Positions 50,137 to 64,000 of a DNA stretch of 64,000 nucleotides are shown here, piece by piece (the stretch's first letter is position 1; each line of letters begins with the position of its first letter). The translations under genes and the position numbers were made by a program. Under the pieces are notes generated by a model. The model worked only from the letters and a program-made list of their open reading frames with translations, ran no database searches and was not told where the DNA came from. Source of the DNA: Octopus sinensis (Eukaryota); assembly GCF_006345805.1 (NCBI RefSeq), contig NC_043006.1, positions 57,784,001 to 57,848,000 of the forward strand, given 5' to 3'.

Positions 50137-51122
50137 ACCCCAGAAAATGTTTGAATTTGCAACCTCATTCAACCCATGCTAATGTTCATCAGAATACTGA
50201 TACATGTGTCAATATTTCCTCAATAAGCACAAAGTGTTTTAAGAGTAGAATATGAGGAAATAAGAGTATGTGCTGTTCATGCTGTTTTTAAGAATATTTA
50301 AGTCATATAATAAAATGGTGGCAACTGGAATACAAATTAGGATTTAGACTTAGCATGCTGGCAATTTAACCCCACTTAATACTATGACAAGGTAACCTCT
50401 ACAAACTCATCTTACAAGAAAAACAGCAAAATATCCCCCAAATTCACATTGTTTCACCTTTAAAAAGAGGAGGATAATATATTTCTAAATATTTCTAAAA
50501 TGACAGAAGGGTTAGTGACATCAGAATTAGCTTTAATTATGGATATGCTTGTTCAGGGTTGACCTGGGGCTAAACAATAACAACCAAATGCCATTTTCAT
50601 ATATCAGTTAAAGATATAGAAAATGCTTCCTGAGAGAATTAATAGTTTCGTGACTTACTTATTGTAATTACATTTAGTTCAAGGAAATTGAATTTGTATA
50701 GAAAATTATCCCAAAGTCAAGAAATATTTCAGAGAATGCAATTACATATAATTTAGTTTTTAAAATTTAAAGTATACCAAAGTCTTTTAAATTTGAGATG
50801 AGCCTCAAGAAAGAAGAAGCATTTGGAATCTCCAAAGAAAAATTTTATTTAGTATTATTGTACAAGGGACATAACACAACTTGAGAGAAATTATCAAGCA
50901 TCTTTGAGATAATACTTCACATTTTAACTGTAAATTTCTTTACCACAAACTTATAGAGGATATTTGTTGGAGCATTTTCTAATTCTATTCTTACTGTCTT
51001 TGACTCCAAAGTAGTGGAATAGTTTGCAAAGAGGGCACAAGCAAAGTTATGAGTTTTAAGCTCAATTTGAAATCTTAGCATGTTTGACAAGTGGCTTCCC
51101 CATAATCTCAAAATATCTTAAA

Positions 51123-51690
51123 CCATCCATCCATCCATCCATCTTTCCGCTCACCATTCCTGGGATGGCCATTGGAGCATTAGCATAGCTAGAGTGTGTG
51201 ACACTTGTGGTAGCCTTTCCGTTTGCCACCCCGGGACCCCACAAAAAACACATATTGCCTAGAGCAGACCCAAAAGTGCTGCCCAGGGTGGACAGCCCCT
51301 ACCACACCCCACTAGCTATGCTAGTCCATTGGAGTAGAGTTTTCAGGCACCACTTCTACAGGGTCTTGTCAAAAACAACTGTCATTAGACTTTCCAGCTG
51401 GATCACAAAGTGTGACCAACTGTGACTATGTATACTATCCAGCCATTTCATTTTTGGTCTATTCTTAGGTCTCCTGCCAATTGGTTTGGATTAAAGAATG
51501 TGTTTTGCAGCTCTTTATGCAGTATTCTAATCATATCCCTGTAGTACTAAACCTGTTCTTAAGAAAGTATTTAACACCACCACCTCACCATTTGATGCTA
51601 GCCAGTATAGTCAACATTGGTGCAAGCATGTGGATCAGGTCTCCTGTTTTGGTTTCTTCCCCTTTTTTCATCTAATTCTCTAAGAGGTTC
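51123..51690 (-). mobile_element. RTE LINE 3' remnant with (ATGG)n tail, interrupted by a hAT MITE
   Basis: (ccat)n at 51123-51142; upstream reverse frame has GRRPKNR..W..I and DKT..K.CL; MITE inserted inside. Confidence 0.55.
51178..51326. mobile_element. hAT-type MITE
   Basis: TIR cores TAGCATAGCTAG / CTAGCTATGCTA; 8-bp TSD cattggag at 51170-51177 and 51327-51334. Confidence 0.8.
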
Positions 51691-52893
51691 CACAAAAAGA
51701 TCATAGAAGCTGTCTTCTATCTTTTGACTGAGCCATATCTAAAAGAAAAATAAATCAGACTGAATTTAAATATATTTTTTCAATCAATGATAAATTTTAG
51801 AAGTAGCTTTTATTCTATTGCTTTAAATGAATGATAAATTTTTCATCAACATCATTATCATTTTACATCTACATTCCATACAATTGTGGGTTGGAAAAGT
51901 CACCATGGTCACAGTCCTTATTCAGAGTTACAATCCTCTTAGATAAATCAGAAGACCATATCTTGATCACACATTTAATTTTTGATGTAACTCTTATGGC
52001 ATGAAGCTCTACCAAACACCAACCATTTTACAGAGTGTACTGGATACATTTTATCATAGCACCAGAATTGTGTTGTACACTATAAGACTGGAATAAATTA
52101 TATTGCTTTTTTGTACTATTCTGTGCCAGAATAAACTTGTTCTTCAACTTCAAGCTTTTATAGTACTACATTCCTTATTTGCTTTCTGATGTCACCAATT
52201 TAGATTGGTTAAAATCTAATGTGTGTATTGTATTCTGATAGTGAATTGCAAATATATAGTGAATTGTAAATATTAGCTTGGGGGAAAATATAACCACTGA
52301 ACATAATTTCTTAATGTTTAAAGCTAATTTTGTATTAAACGTGCCAATCTTTAAAAAACAAAGCCATAAAGTAAGAGTGTATTCAAACTATGTTTCCACA
52401 AGAAGTCTACAGAAGGATAAGCAAATCTAATAGTAAAAATAGCTTCTCCAACAATTTACAAGCAAATACAGAGTTGAAGAACCATCAGGCCTGATACTAA
52501 CAAAAAAAAAAACAAATAAAACTGCCTTAGAAATGAAAATGAAAAGAAATTTAATGAAAGATATCCTACTTTAACATCGTGATGTAAAGCATGGAATATG
52601 GTCTGAAGACAGTTGCTTTTTCAAATGAATTTTAAACAATTTCTATTTTAGAGTCAGATAATTTTTAGCATTTCAATCAACATACAGTGAAATGTATATA
52701 AATATCTCATCAAAAAAATAAACTGTAAGATTTCTTTGCAAAACACATGGAGAATTTCGAGCTGGTGATTTTGACCAGGTAGTGGTAGTTATCATGTTTC
52801 AACAGCTCATGCTTATAACAACCTGGCAACTGTTACTGGCAACCCCAGATAAATTACTTGTATTTTCCTCTCTTTCAATTACATAAGTCTTAT

Positions 52894-52971
52894 TTACTGG
52901 GTCTTCCGTTTATTCGATTGAAGAAATTTTTGAAGCATTTCATCCACATACTTTTTCAGTGCTTCATATAA
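52894..52971 (-). CDS. Candidate exon LYEALKKYVDEMLQKFLQSNKRKTQ*
   Basis: Long T-rich tract with no AG before ...gttgcaaatag|TTA; amphipathic helix-like peptide ending in a stop; not TE-like. Confidence 0.4.
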   Translation of the reverse strand, partial: LYEALKKYVDEMLQKFLQSNKRKTQ

Positions 52972-53679
52972 CTATTTGCAACATGTTTATATTTTCACAA
53001 AAAAAAAAACAGAAAAGAAAAAAAAATGTGCATCATAATTGGAAACAGGCACAATCAGTGTTGTTTAGTTAAGCCTGCAAAGTTTATTGTTAATAATTCT
53101 TGATGCTTCGATTACTACATTCTTTAGGAAACAATGCAACAAAATCGAAAATTTGGATGAGCTCTAAAGATTTTCCTCATTTGAAGAACATTACTGCATA
53201 GAATATTCAACACCCAAGTCGCTACACCCTGTGCCTTCACAAATGCACACACACACACACACACATAGAAGCAGGCGCAGTTTGGCTAAATGGTTAAAAG
53301 GTTTGTTTCACAAACATGTGACCCTGGTTTCAATTCCATGGTGTGACCTCTTGGACAAATGTAATTTTTCTCTAGACTCAGGTTGGCCCAAACCTTGTGA
53401 GTGAAACTGAGATGGAAACTGTATAGAAGCCAATCTTGTTGATTGAGTTTGTAATTCAAAGGTCCAACATTTTCACACTGTATTAAGCTGATTCTATCTG
53501 AGGGCTCACACTAAGGGTACACTAAGTCTGGAATACTCAGCACCTTATATGCTTATTGAAAGAGCAAGTGGTTTAGTTCATTGAAGAATCAAACATTCAT
53601 AATAAGAAATTTCAACCAAGATCCATTTCATATTATATATATATATAAACATACATATACACACATAAAAGGGTATAAA

Positions 53680-53978
53680 TCCCCTTCAGTCATGAATGAG
53701 GCACAATTCCATGCAAGGTTGTTTATAGAAGACCAGTAGACAGTCACTCATACACACCAGCCTCTCCTCTCCATGCCACTGATGTTCTCCAAGAGAAAGG
53801 CAAATGCCAATACAACTTGGCTCCAGTGACGTCGCAACTCATTTCTATAGCTGAGTGATCTGGAGCAACATGAAATAAAGTGTCTTGCTCAAGAACGCAA
53901 CACTCAGCTCTGTCTGAGATTCAAGCTCACCACCTTTTGATCATGAGCCCAACACTTACCTCTGAGCTATGTGCCTTC
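53680..53978 (-). mobile_element. Third tRNA-derived SINE family
   Basis: gaaggcacatagctcagaggtaag head, cttgagcaagacactttatttcatgttgctccag core; related fragment at ~49575-49700. Confidence 0.65.
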
Positions 53979-53979
53979 C

Positions 53980-54013
<34 letters not shown>

Positions 54014-54486
54014 CTACACTCATATAGATATTACATTGTATGTATTATGTAAATATATAGCTTAACCTTCTAAGTGTATTTCATTCGTTCTTAACATTTA
54101 AAACTAAAAAGGGGAAAAAGAAGAAAGAAAAGGTTATTTGTCAAGAGAAAATTGTTAACCTTACTGAGTAAGTAAATAAATAAAAATAGACTTCACTTCA
54201 AAAACCAATAACAGATTTGGAAAACAAGATGTTGTTTATGTTGCGTGAGTATGTTGTGTATGTAAAGTTGTAGATGTGCATACCAGTGTGCAAGCAAGTA
54301 TCCTTGTTTATATATGTAAGTATAATTGTGTGTGTTTGTGTATGCACATGTACACACATGCAGTGCATGTATGACTTTATTATTGTGTATATTTTATCAA
54401 TCATCAACCTACAGAACTGATTTATTCTGTGGATATTTTCATTCAATATATATGGTCTAATCACATATATGTGTGTGGCTAATGTT

Positions 54487-54526
<40 letters not shown>

Positions 54527-56934
54527 ATATAATATATATATATATTTATTGGAAGGTTTGGAGATGATGTACAGGTATTATGTATTAGAAAAAATGAGGT
54601 AATCAGATCGGATGGTTCATATTTATAGATATTTATTTATATATTACATTTTTTACATATATATATCATATCATTCAGATCATATCATTCGGATTATTAG
54701 CGCTTTCTCCCATTCCAGTGGGGTTTTCAAATCAAATATATATATATATATATATATGAATGTGTGTACACCCACACAATGCCCAACAAAGAGCTAATCC
54801 GTTTCACAAGCCCAGTTGATTAAACTTTCTATAAGGCCATTTGCTATTAATAAAATATACACTCTCCATCTCTATCCCTGTACATCTCTCTCTCTTCCAC
54901 ATGCTCTTTCACCTTGCACATCATCTCCCCATTTTCTGATCTATCTAAATGGTTCACTGTACGGCTGCTTTCCACCTTTCCTGTACCGTCACTTACAACC
55001 TTCTCCTTCCTGGGGTATTTCTTTAACTTCACCCCCACCTCATACTGATATTTACTATCAACCACACCTCCACTTTTGTACATCATTCCCTACATCTACC
55101 TTTTCTCCCATCTCTAACAAGTGGAGACTGGCAACAGGAAGGACATCTGGTCATAGAAAACTCTCTGCCGCCAACTATCTTCTATGTGATCCATGCAGGG
55201 AAAAAACAGACATTAAAATGACACCTTTGATGATGATGATGAGCATCTGTAGGAAATAGTTAGGGTGGAAGAGGACCTGGAGGAGAAGGGAAAGTGAAGT
55301 AAGAGCTTAATCCAAGCGTTTACAATAGAGTAGTGTATGAAGAATCCTTCTGCCCCCACTCTGTATAAAGTGTTAAATTGAGTAATGTGTATGACCAACC
55401 ACCCTTAAGTGGGTTTGATCTCTTCTATCCCTCCAGCCATTTTGCTTCAACATATTATGACAAATTCTTGTTGAACTTTATACTATATAAATTTGAACCT
55501 TCCTATCACCCCAAAATTGAATTCATTTATGTTGCTAATACCCTTGAGGAAGGCTCATACACTTATAATTTAACCAATTAATGTTCATGTATAAACTGGA
55601 ATCTTCACACCTACACAAGAAATTCTCTAATGGGAAGACAAGGTGGCTGGTGCTATAAGCGGAGTGTCGTGCATAAATATCAAGTTGTTTTCTGTTGCCT
55701 TGGTTGCGATTATGTAATAAAGAGGAATTTACAGGCAAGTTAAAATGTTGAAGGAAACAAATAAAAGGACAATTCTTTAGCACGTCTTATGTCTGCATTC
55801 CTTCCTGGAGTCTTGAGAATTTGCTATTTGTTATGTATATTTGGGTTCAAGAATTTTTCTATGTTTGGGGTATTGTTTAGCCATATGTCACCCTGACTGA
55901 GAAGACTTATGATCAAAGGCTTTCCAGTAATGCCCACAACATCTTTATTTCAGAGATATTCTATCTAGTATTACATTATCCAGTGTGTCCTACCTTTTTT
56001 ATAAAATGGTAGGATGGGATTTGAAGGAAATTAGTTGCAATTTTTAGCAGGTCAAATAACTGCACAGAGCCCACTTGTATTGACTCTCATATGACAATAT
56101 CTTGCAGTGGACATACCTAGTGAGGTTACAATGGTTCTTAAGGAGCAAAGAAATTTTGGCCATGATCAAGTAGTTACAATATTGCTTCTGCTTAATCATC
56201 AATTACAAAAGAGTTTGTGCTTCTATAAAGAGGTATAATAAAGCTGAAACATGATCAAAGTTATCACCTACATTTGTTGTAATGATTAAAATAATATTAG
56301 TTATTGAGTAATATAATTTCCTCACCACATAAGTATCTATAATTACATTTTTAATACTACATTAGCCTTATTATTTTTCATGTAGATGATACCTCTGAGT
56401 AATTAACTCTCATAATTTAATAGAAAGCTGTGGTACCAGTATTCACCTTCGAAGGTTTGTCAGAAAGTGTGCTCATGGAAGTTAGTTATAGTGTATAGGA
56501 ACATGATAACTATGTCTAGTATTTTTGTTATTACTGATATGAGAATAATGGTCTTATCAGAGTTTAGCCCACATGCTCTTGCAACCAGCCAGAAATAGCA
56601 CCTGGGTTTCCCTTAACCTTTTCTATACAAAAACAGCCAATACCATCTATGGTTCCATCATATAAAATTTCTCATTTTAAAATGTTCTTATTTAAACTAA
56701 AAAATCTTCCACTCCAATGTTAAGTCAATAACTTGTAAGGTGCATTCCTATATGTACGTTTTAATAATGAAAAAGTTATTTTACCTAACCTTCTCCAAAT
56801 TCTTAATTACTTTCAAAAGTAATAGACACGCACAAGTAAAATATTTCATAAGAAATATGGCCAAGAAGGAGATTAAATCCATTCTGTCAACATAAACAAG
56901 CAGATATCTAAGTCTCAACCTCAACCAAAGCTTC

Positions 56935-57275
56935 ATTGCTCCTGAAAGAGGAACCCCTCCTTCGGCTCCTTCCACCACTGTCTGTTCCTAGCCAGTCATG
57001 GCCACGTAGGCTCCAGGTAATGAGTGAGATCATCTTGTCTTTGGTCAGCCTCCATTGTCTTGGTGTCTATTCCATCACCCTGATTGTCTATCTGTTGTCC
57101 TTCAATTGCACAATGTGACCAGCTCATCTATATTTGTTCTGTTTGTTCTTATGGTGTCACTGACTCTAATATGCTGTCAAATCCAAGCTTTCATTTTCTT
57201 GTCTTGCAGTGTGATGCTGAGCATAATCTGTTTCATTTTCTTTTGGGCTACAATGAGTGCATTCATGAAGTCAAC
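56935..57275 (-). mobile_element. RTE LINE 3' remnant
   Basis: ALIVAQKKMKQIMLSITLQDKK..WI...AGHIVQLKDNR*TIRVME*TPR matches the RTE ORF C-terminus. Confidence 0.8.
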
Positions 57276-57580
57276 GGTATATAAGTCTACATTGTATAAT
57301 ATAGTATGTAATACACAGTATCTGTTTGAATGAAAGATGTGGAGATTATGGCTGAAGCATTTTTGATCATAGGTCTACTTAATCAGAGCTGATTTGGAGC
57401 TAAACAACAATTTCATTACCATATTAGGGAGGCTTGCAAAGATTTTGGCTGTTTTCCACTTCTCTTCTGAAGAAAACAAAGAATGGAATGTGATGTCTCT
57501 GTATGCAAGAGACTGAGGGTAATTGATTTATATAAACAATATCGACATTTTAGTAATTATTAGTAACTAAATTTTAATTA

Positions 57581-57750
57581 AGGCAGTAAGCTGGCAGAAT
57601 CATTAGCATGCCAGGCAAAATGCTTAATGGTATTTCATCCACTTTCATGTTCTGAACTGAGTTCAAGCTCTACCAAGGTCAGCTTTGCTTTTCATCCTTT
57701 TGGGATCGATGACAGAATAAGTGCCAGTTGAGCACTGGGGTTTATGTAAT
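57581..57750 (+). mobile_element. tRNA/Meta-type SINE
   Basis: aggcagtaagctggcagaatcattagc...ctttgcttttcatccttttgggatcgat. Confidence 0.75.
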
Positions 57751-58159
57751 GAATATAATTGATTTCATTGACCTAACTACTCCTGGGCATGATTATGAAA
57801 AAAACTGCATCCTTCTGCCAAGCCATGTTGAGCCAGTGTGGCAGAGTAGACTCATCAAACCAGTATGATCTCAAGCTCAAATTCATAGTATCCACATCTG
57901 ACCGTGGTTGGTGGAGAGAACATGCTGAGGCCTTCATTCTCCCATAGACTGAACACGAGCAATCCAATCTAATTTTATACTTTAATTATTTAGTTTTGTT
58001 TATTAATAGCTAAGCTGTATTGTTGTTGACATTTAGGATTATGTCAGTTCTAATCTAGCAGATCTATGATCAAAATGTGTTTTAGTCCTGACCATCCCAT
58101 CTTTGTATATTGTGTATGCTTTACCTGTGACCATAATTCCAACCTATTCCCTTTTTTCC

Positions 58160-58390
58160 TTTAGCCCATCAGCTTTCAGGTTTCTCTGTCAAATGTATTG
58201 CTTATTTATTCACATTGTTTTCAATTAATCGTGCATAATCTGGTAGCTTTGAGATTTCCATGCTGTGATTTTTTTAAATTTAGAAGGACATTGTAGAGTA
58301 GATGTGAGAAGTTGGATCTGACTGATCTGACCACAGAACAGGAATATTATTTGGGGCCAGACATGGCCAGTTTAAATGCTAAAAGGTAAA
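58160..58390. mobile_element. piggyBac-like MITE family; partial copies at 5627-5786 and 30505-30605
   Basis: Shared ctctgtcaaatgta.tgcttattta and 3' ggccagtttaaatgctaaaagg; ends resemble TTAA-CCCTTT. Confidence 0.55.
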
Positions 58391-59674
58391 ATTAAGGGGC
58401 TTATGTGAGGAAAGTTTTGCTGTTATTTCTAGCACTCAAGCAGCCATGAAGAGGTTCACTCACTTTCAATTTTCAATGGTGTTATGTGTGATATTGTTAT
58501 GCTTACATGTTTTCAGCGTGGGTGTGTGGTGACCTTAACCAAGAGCATAAGAGCACATGTGAGTTTTGGGTGTTATAAATGTTGTAAAAGTTGCATGTGT
58601 AGTCTTTGGAGGAGGACAGAGGAGAATGGTGGGCTGGGGTAGAGGAGTTTAAACCTTTTCAACACTCCTTCATTCTCAGATTAGTAGCAGGGATTTTGGT
58701 TATCAACATGGTAAACAGCTAGGAAGAGAGTTGGAGCAAATGAGACTTTTAATCATCTGTCAGCATTGAGTAATTAACTTCACCATCACCAACATCCTCA
58801 TCACCATGATCACCAGTACCACCATCATCTTCACCATCACTATTGCAAGCAATGTGAATAGCTTCACAAACACCATCCCCATCACATGGGTATTTAGCTT
58901 TATCAACACCATCTACACCGCATCCAACAACACAAAATGAACTGGCAAAACCTGTACAAACTGCTACATAGAACAATAACTAGTTATAGTGTATGACATA
59001 CACACAGACATGTGTGTGTGTATATACACATTATATATCATTATCATTTAATCTCTGTTTTCCATGCTGGCATGAGTTGGACATACACACAACCCTCCTC
59101 CCACACAAATATCAGTTATAAGCAACAAAAGCTGTATTAGGTTAAAAATAGCCTTCGATATATCATACTTAACATAAAGACATTGTTGAATGGTAAATTT
59201 ACTGCATTATTTGTCAAACAGATAGCATCTCTTATGGTTTTACTGTTTTTAAAAACACAATACATATTGGAAAGAGAGAAAAAAAAAGCAGTTGATGAGA
59301 GCACTAGAGGCATTTCCACCTCAGTAGGCCTTATCAATGTTATATACTTACAGCCAACCGGTATATAGGAAAACAGTAAAAGATATTTACTGGTATTTGG
59401 AATAGCCATCAAGACGAATAAAAATCCATTATATACAATAAGTAAGGTCAGGTATGGGAGCATGTGTCATTGCAGTGTATTGCTGCGTCCACCATTGTCA
59501 GTATTTGCTTGGGTCATCCTAGGCAACCCTCTATATGAGATACTTTAGCATCCACTGCCATCATGTGGCATATGGCTAGCCAACATACACTGTCACATAA
59601 AAACATGACAAATTTAATCGTTTCTCCATACCCTGAAAAAAGTGATACACCCCCTACACACATACTTATATGTA

Positions 59675-59744
<70 letters not shown>

Positions 59745-60811
59745 ACACTTTTGCATACCTTGTACTCTGAAGGTACAAACTGACACCATGACTGCACAAT
59801 CTTTATCTCTTTTTCCAGCTACTCCCATCCACCTTCATATAATATTGGGTAGCCATGTACCTCTTTGACAGTAAGACCCCTGAGCTTCTCCCTCTGTCAG
59901 CCTCTCAACAGCTGACAAAGCTGCCTCACTCTCTCACCACAATGTCAAAAGGACTTCAAGAAGGGTTCCCAGCTGAAGAATCCATGCCAAAACAGACATT
60001 AGAGCTTCGTGCAATCCTTCAGCTCATCAGATTATGTCCAATGATACTACTCATGCCAGTATGGAAGATGGATGTTACATGATGATATATACAGTGACCT
60101 TCTTTCAATTTCCATCAGCCAAATTCACTCACAATACTTTGGTTGACCCCAGGATGTAATAGAAGACATTTGCTCAAGCTTCCAAGCAGTGAGATTGAAC
60201 CTAATACCACATGGTTGTGAAGCAAACTTCTTAACCCCCACGTCCATTCCTATATGTAATAATACTTGAATTACACAGGCAAATACAGGAAACAGTTCTG
60301 CACATGTTTCAGTATTATTAGAACTCATTGGTGAATCATAAATTTCCCTGTGCTTTGTGAGGTAGTGATGAGAGGATCACAAAGTAGACAGATATTGTGC
60401 ATGAATTGGCATCAAAATTAACATATAGTTAATCAGCTAACATATCTCTCACTTCTGATCCTGTTATAATTGATGTAGAATGTTGTCTTGTCTGGGAGTT
60501 AGTTCGTGTATTATCTGATTAGGATAAGTGACAATTAAAGCAAAGATACCTGGACCATATATAACAATATTGATTTTATGCATCACACACAACATTTTGC
60601 ACCCAACTAATTATACAAACCTAACTGGCCAGAGATCTACTGTAAGATAATGAGCAATAACAACTGGACAAGATTACAAAAGAGCATCTATGTGGTTAAT
60701 AAACCTGCAAGAAACAGCAGCCAAATCACACTTTAATTACATCCTACTACCTTCAGAAAGAAAAGAAATATACTGGATAATGTGGCCTTAGATGTACTCC
60801 TAAAACAAAAT

Positions 60812-60997
60812 AAGAGAGAGAGAGAGAGAAGAGAGAGAGAGGAAGAGAGAAGGAGAGAGAGAGAGAGGAGAGAGGAGAGAGAGAGGAAGGAGAGAGAGAG
60901 AGGAGAAGAGAGAGAGAGAGGAGAGGAGAGAGAGAGGAAGGAAGAGAGAGAGAGGAAGAGAGAGAGAGAGGAAGAGAGAGAGAGAGGAAGAGAGAGA
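60812..60997 (+). repeat. Pure purine (GA/GGA/GAA) tract
   Basis: About 185 nt containing only A and G. Confidence 0.95.
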
Positions 60998-62087
60998 AAT
61001 TAAGATGGTGGTTATGATTTTTATCACAGATCTATTTAATCTGGGGTTAAGCAACAACAATGACTGGTCAATGTTAAGCCAAAGAGCAAGGTTCTATAGA
61101 TTCACTTAACCTGCGAGGAATAACAGCCAAATTTCCCTCAGATCACAATGTATCTCTACATTATGATTTAAAGAATTTAAAAAAAAACTGAGCTAGAATG
61201 TCTTTTATCATAGATCTACTCAATCAGAACTGACCGATGGCTAAAAATCACTACTACCACCAGCCAATGTAATAAACTAGATATTTTATGGAAACTACAC
61301 AGGTTTGTCTTGTAACAGGAATAGAAAAGGAAAAGAAACCATATTGTAACCATCAGGATAAAATCATGCGTAATTAAAATGTCAATAGATATATTTTTGT
61401 AATACACTTCATAAGAATAAATACTTTGGCCAATTCAAGCTGGTTAGTATAAGGTCTTAAAATGAATCATAATAAACACCAAAGTTTAGAATTACAACTA
61501 CAGCTTTTCTGGTTTTGAGATGGGGTTGGTGGTGGTGGTGGTGATGAGTGGGGGAGGGGTTAATATAGTATTTCAATATGTTAACTGAATCAGAACAGAC
61601 AGAAGTCAGAAATTCATATCTCTCAAAAATGAAAGAAAAAAAAAAAAGAAAAAGGAAAATTAGAACAGTATATATTTGTCTGGATAATGAGGGGGTCTTA
61701 TGTAGAACAAAAAGTTAAAAAATAAAAGAAAGCAAACGTCCTCTTTAACAGACATGACAAACAAATCCCTTTAATATCTCACTGGGAACCACACCCACAA
61801 AAAAAGAAAACACTTGTAGAGGATGTAAAAAGGCTAATCATAGACATGTAATACCATACCAAATGTCTGACTGGAACCGACACCCAATAAACAAGTCAGA
61901 GATAAGTAAAACATTACACTTTCTAAATTGTTTAGTCAATCTTGTTGCTCCCCCTGTAAATAACTCTCCTTTGGTGAATTAACAAAATGAAGTTTGTCTG
62001 GAGCAAAATGTATACAGTTCGATGTTATCTTCTGCAAAACCCTATTTTATGTGTAAAAAGCTCAAAAGATAAATGATAATAATAATG

Positions 62088-62121
<34 letters not shown>

Positions 62122-62616
62122 TAATAAACAAATATCTAATGTAAACAAAAGATCACCTTATTAGTTTTATCTTCTACTGTATTGCATTGCAAACTAGAAT
62201 CTGAGACAAGAGTCTTTCAATTTGTAGTGAAATTAGCTGAAAGAAAAATCCAGACTGGTTTATTTCTAGGCATTTAATAAGTATAAGAAGTCCATTCTGT
62301 GAATCAACAAAGGAAAGGAATAAAAAACAAATATCAGGACAACCAACAGAAGGCCTCACAAACTAAGAAGGGAGCCTGTGTGCCATGTAAGGGAAACTTG
62401 TGGCACCGAAGCTGACCTTTTGCATGGCATGTGGAATGTCAAGATTATATAAACAGTGCTCCAACATGGCCACAACGCATGGGTTGGAATAAGTAAAAAA
62501 GGACAATTGTTTTTTATTAAAATTTTGGAACATAATCGTCCAGTTTGAATCAAATATAGTTGATTTACTTATTGTATATAACGAATCATTTACGTTATTG
62601 GTTCAGCGGTGTAGAC

Positions 62617-62783
62617 CAGTGCTCCACAACCGGTATGCCACAAGATGATGCTAGGTGTGTCACAGTATAACCTGAATATATTTTTTCCCTTATACTTTTA
62701 GTTATATTTTTAGTTCAGGTGTGCCACCAAATTTTTGAAAGAATATAAGTGTACCAATGGTGAAAAAAGGTTGTGGAGCACTG
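62617..62783. mobile_element. hAT MITE
   Basis: TIRs CAGTGCTCCACAACC / GGTTGTGGAGCACTG; perfect 8-bp TSD gtgtagac. Confidence 0.93.
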
Positions 62784-64000
62784 GTGTAGACGAATTTATA
62801 TGTATTATCTCACAAGGCCTACTGCTGGAAAAATGGTGCTACCCTGACTTGCTATACATAGTTAATCTATGAGCTAGAAATAGCAACCCAAATTACAAAC
62901 TACTGTCTTACAAAAGGAAAGGATATATTGGACTATATAATCTTAGATATACAAATAAACAGGGTGGTCACAACTGGATTGCTTTTGAACATAGGTCTGC
63001 TCAATTAAGTTTGAATAGTCTTTAAACAACAACTACTACTACTACTATAACATTTCGATTTCCACAATTAGAATGCAGTTCATATCAAGGAAATTGGCTG
63101 AGCTTTGAGACTTTTCCACATAGAACAAAATGGAGAGCTCTTTCAAATGTAATTTCAAGATAACCAAAAGAAAACATGATAACAGAGAAAAAGAAAAGCA
63201 ATCACAACAACTCTGATGAAGGATGCACATAAAAGGTATCTTCATGATAAGTTATCTGACTCAACTCTATACACATGGTTGTTTGACTGGAAACTGCTGC
63301 TGTTGTGTATAGTTGCTTATGGAGTAAGACAAAAAGAGAGAGTGAATATTCTTCTCAAGGGAAGAGAATCACCTCTAGATTTATATATTTTTCCTATGTT
63401 GGGAGATCTTTTTTCCCATGAGTGAAAGGAGAGGAACAGTATGTATTTCCATATAACCAAGACAAAAGAAAAGATTTTTCATATAATATGGTGTGTGTGT
63501 TTTTTTTTTGTTTTTGTTTTTTTTTGATAGCAGAGTAATCTATTGGTGAAGTACGTAAAAGAACGTAAATATAAGATCAAAGATAACATTGTGAATTATT
63601 GATGAGGAGGAAGGAAGCGGGGGCACTCAGACATGCATTAAAAGAAGCATGATCTGACAAATTTCTGAGTGAAATATAGGCTGTGTACAAAGAAATATTA
63701 AAGAGATGGAGGAGAGTGTTGACAAACTTGATGTAGAGGACCAAGAAATTTTAAGTGGATAATATTAAAGCCTTGCAGATAACAAGAAAAGACTCATTAT
63801 TTTCATGATTAGCTCTCATCAAGAAATCCAAGAGAAATAACTCCAGATTTTGAATTAATGAAAATTAATTAAAAATAGAATGATGTGGAGAACGAATCTG
63901 CTGTCATTGTCGGATTGTAGAATTGATGAAGAAGAGTACAGAATTTCATTGAATAAACATTGTGTGTATATAGAAGTATTAATGATCAATCTACAGCTAA

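Noticed and set aside
59137-59463. Hydrophobic 108-aa ORF with internal gtaagt donor
   Set aside because: Starts beside an RTE remnant, no convincing acceptor, no recognisable family.
62170-62250. Strong minus-strand acceptor (tttttctttcag)
   Set aside because: All three frames close before a usable donor.
63213-63250. CTGATGA followed by a stem (hammerhead-like)
   Set aside because: No GAAA after stem II.
63545-64000. Purine-rich, coding-like decayed sequence (also 16200-16900 and 21690-21940)
   Set aside because: Many stops and no motif I can assign confidently; probably old LINE debris.

Overview
AT-rich, repeat-dense eukaryotic DNA, most likely from an Octopus (coleoid cephalopod) genome, judged from its SINE families (tRNA/CORE-type and tRNA/Meta-type), RTE tails and (TA)n/(CA)n load. 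Most of the window looks intronic to a minus-strand protein-coding gene. I can read a convincing 150-nt coding exon (31289-31438) that splices in phase to a terminal exon (13556-13614), giving ...TFRSVAETGPNDILKLLNKEGFYIQISPNTPQNTPEDRYKLEVVARVWG-DEIPEHTKRQWENIEKRFA*; I could not identify the protein. Several weaker candidate alternative or terminal exons also occur. The rest is decayed mobile DNA: mariners (one full-length, mellifera-like), hAT/Buster elements and MITEs with intact TSDs, a Helitron cluster, RTE, CR1-like, R4-like and Penelope LINE fragments, and many SINEs. The most notable observation is a TSD-flanked tRNA-Glu(TTC)-SINE chimeric retrocopy with a second SINE inserted head-to-head into its TSD (42042-42617). 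Others are a candidate poison exon, a mariner derivative built from two inverted 5' ends, a fold-back/tandem repeat family, and decayed Penelope-type hammerhead motifs. Nearly all ORFs in the supplied track are spurious (microsatellite or TE-derived). All assignments come from reading the sequence and from recalled family motifs, not database searches. No clearly novel multi-gene system is evident.
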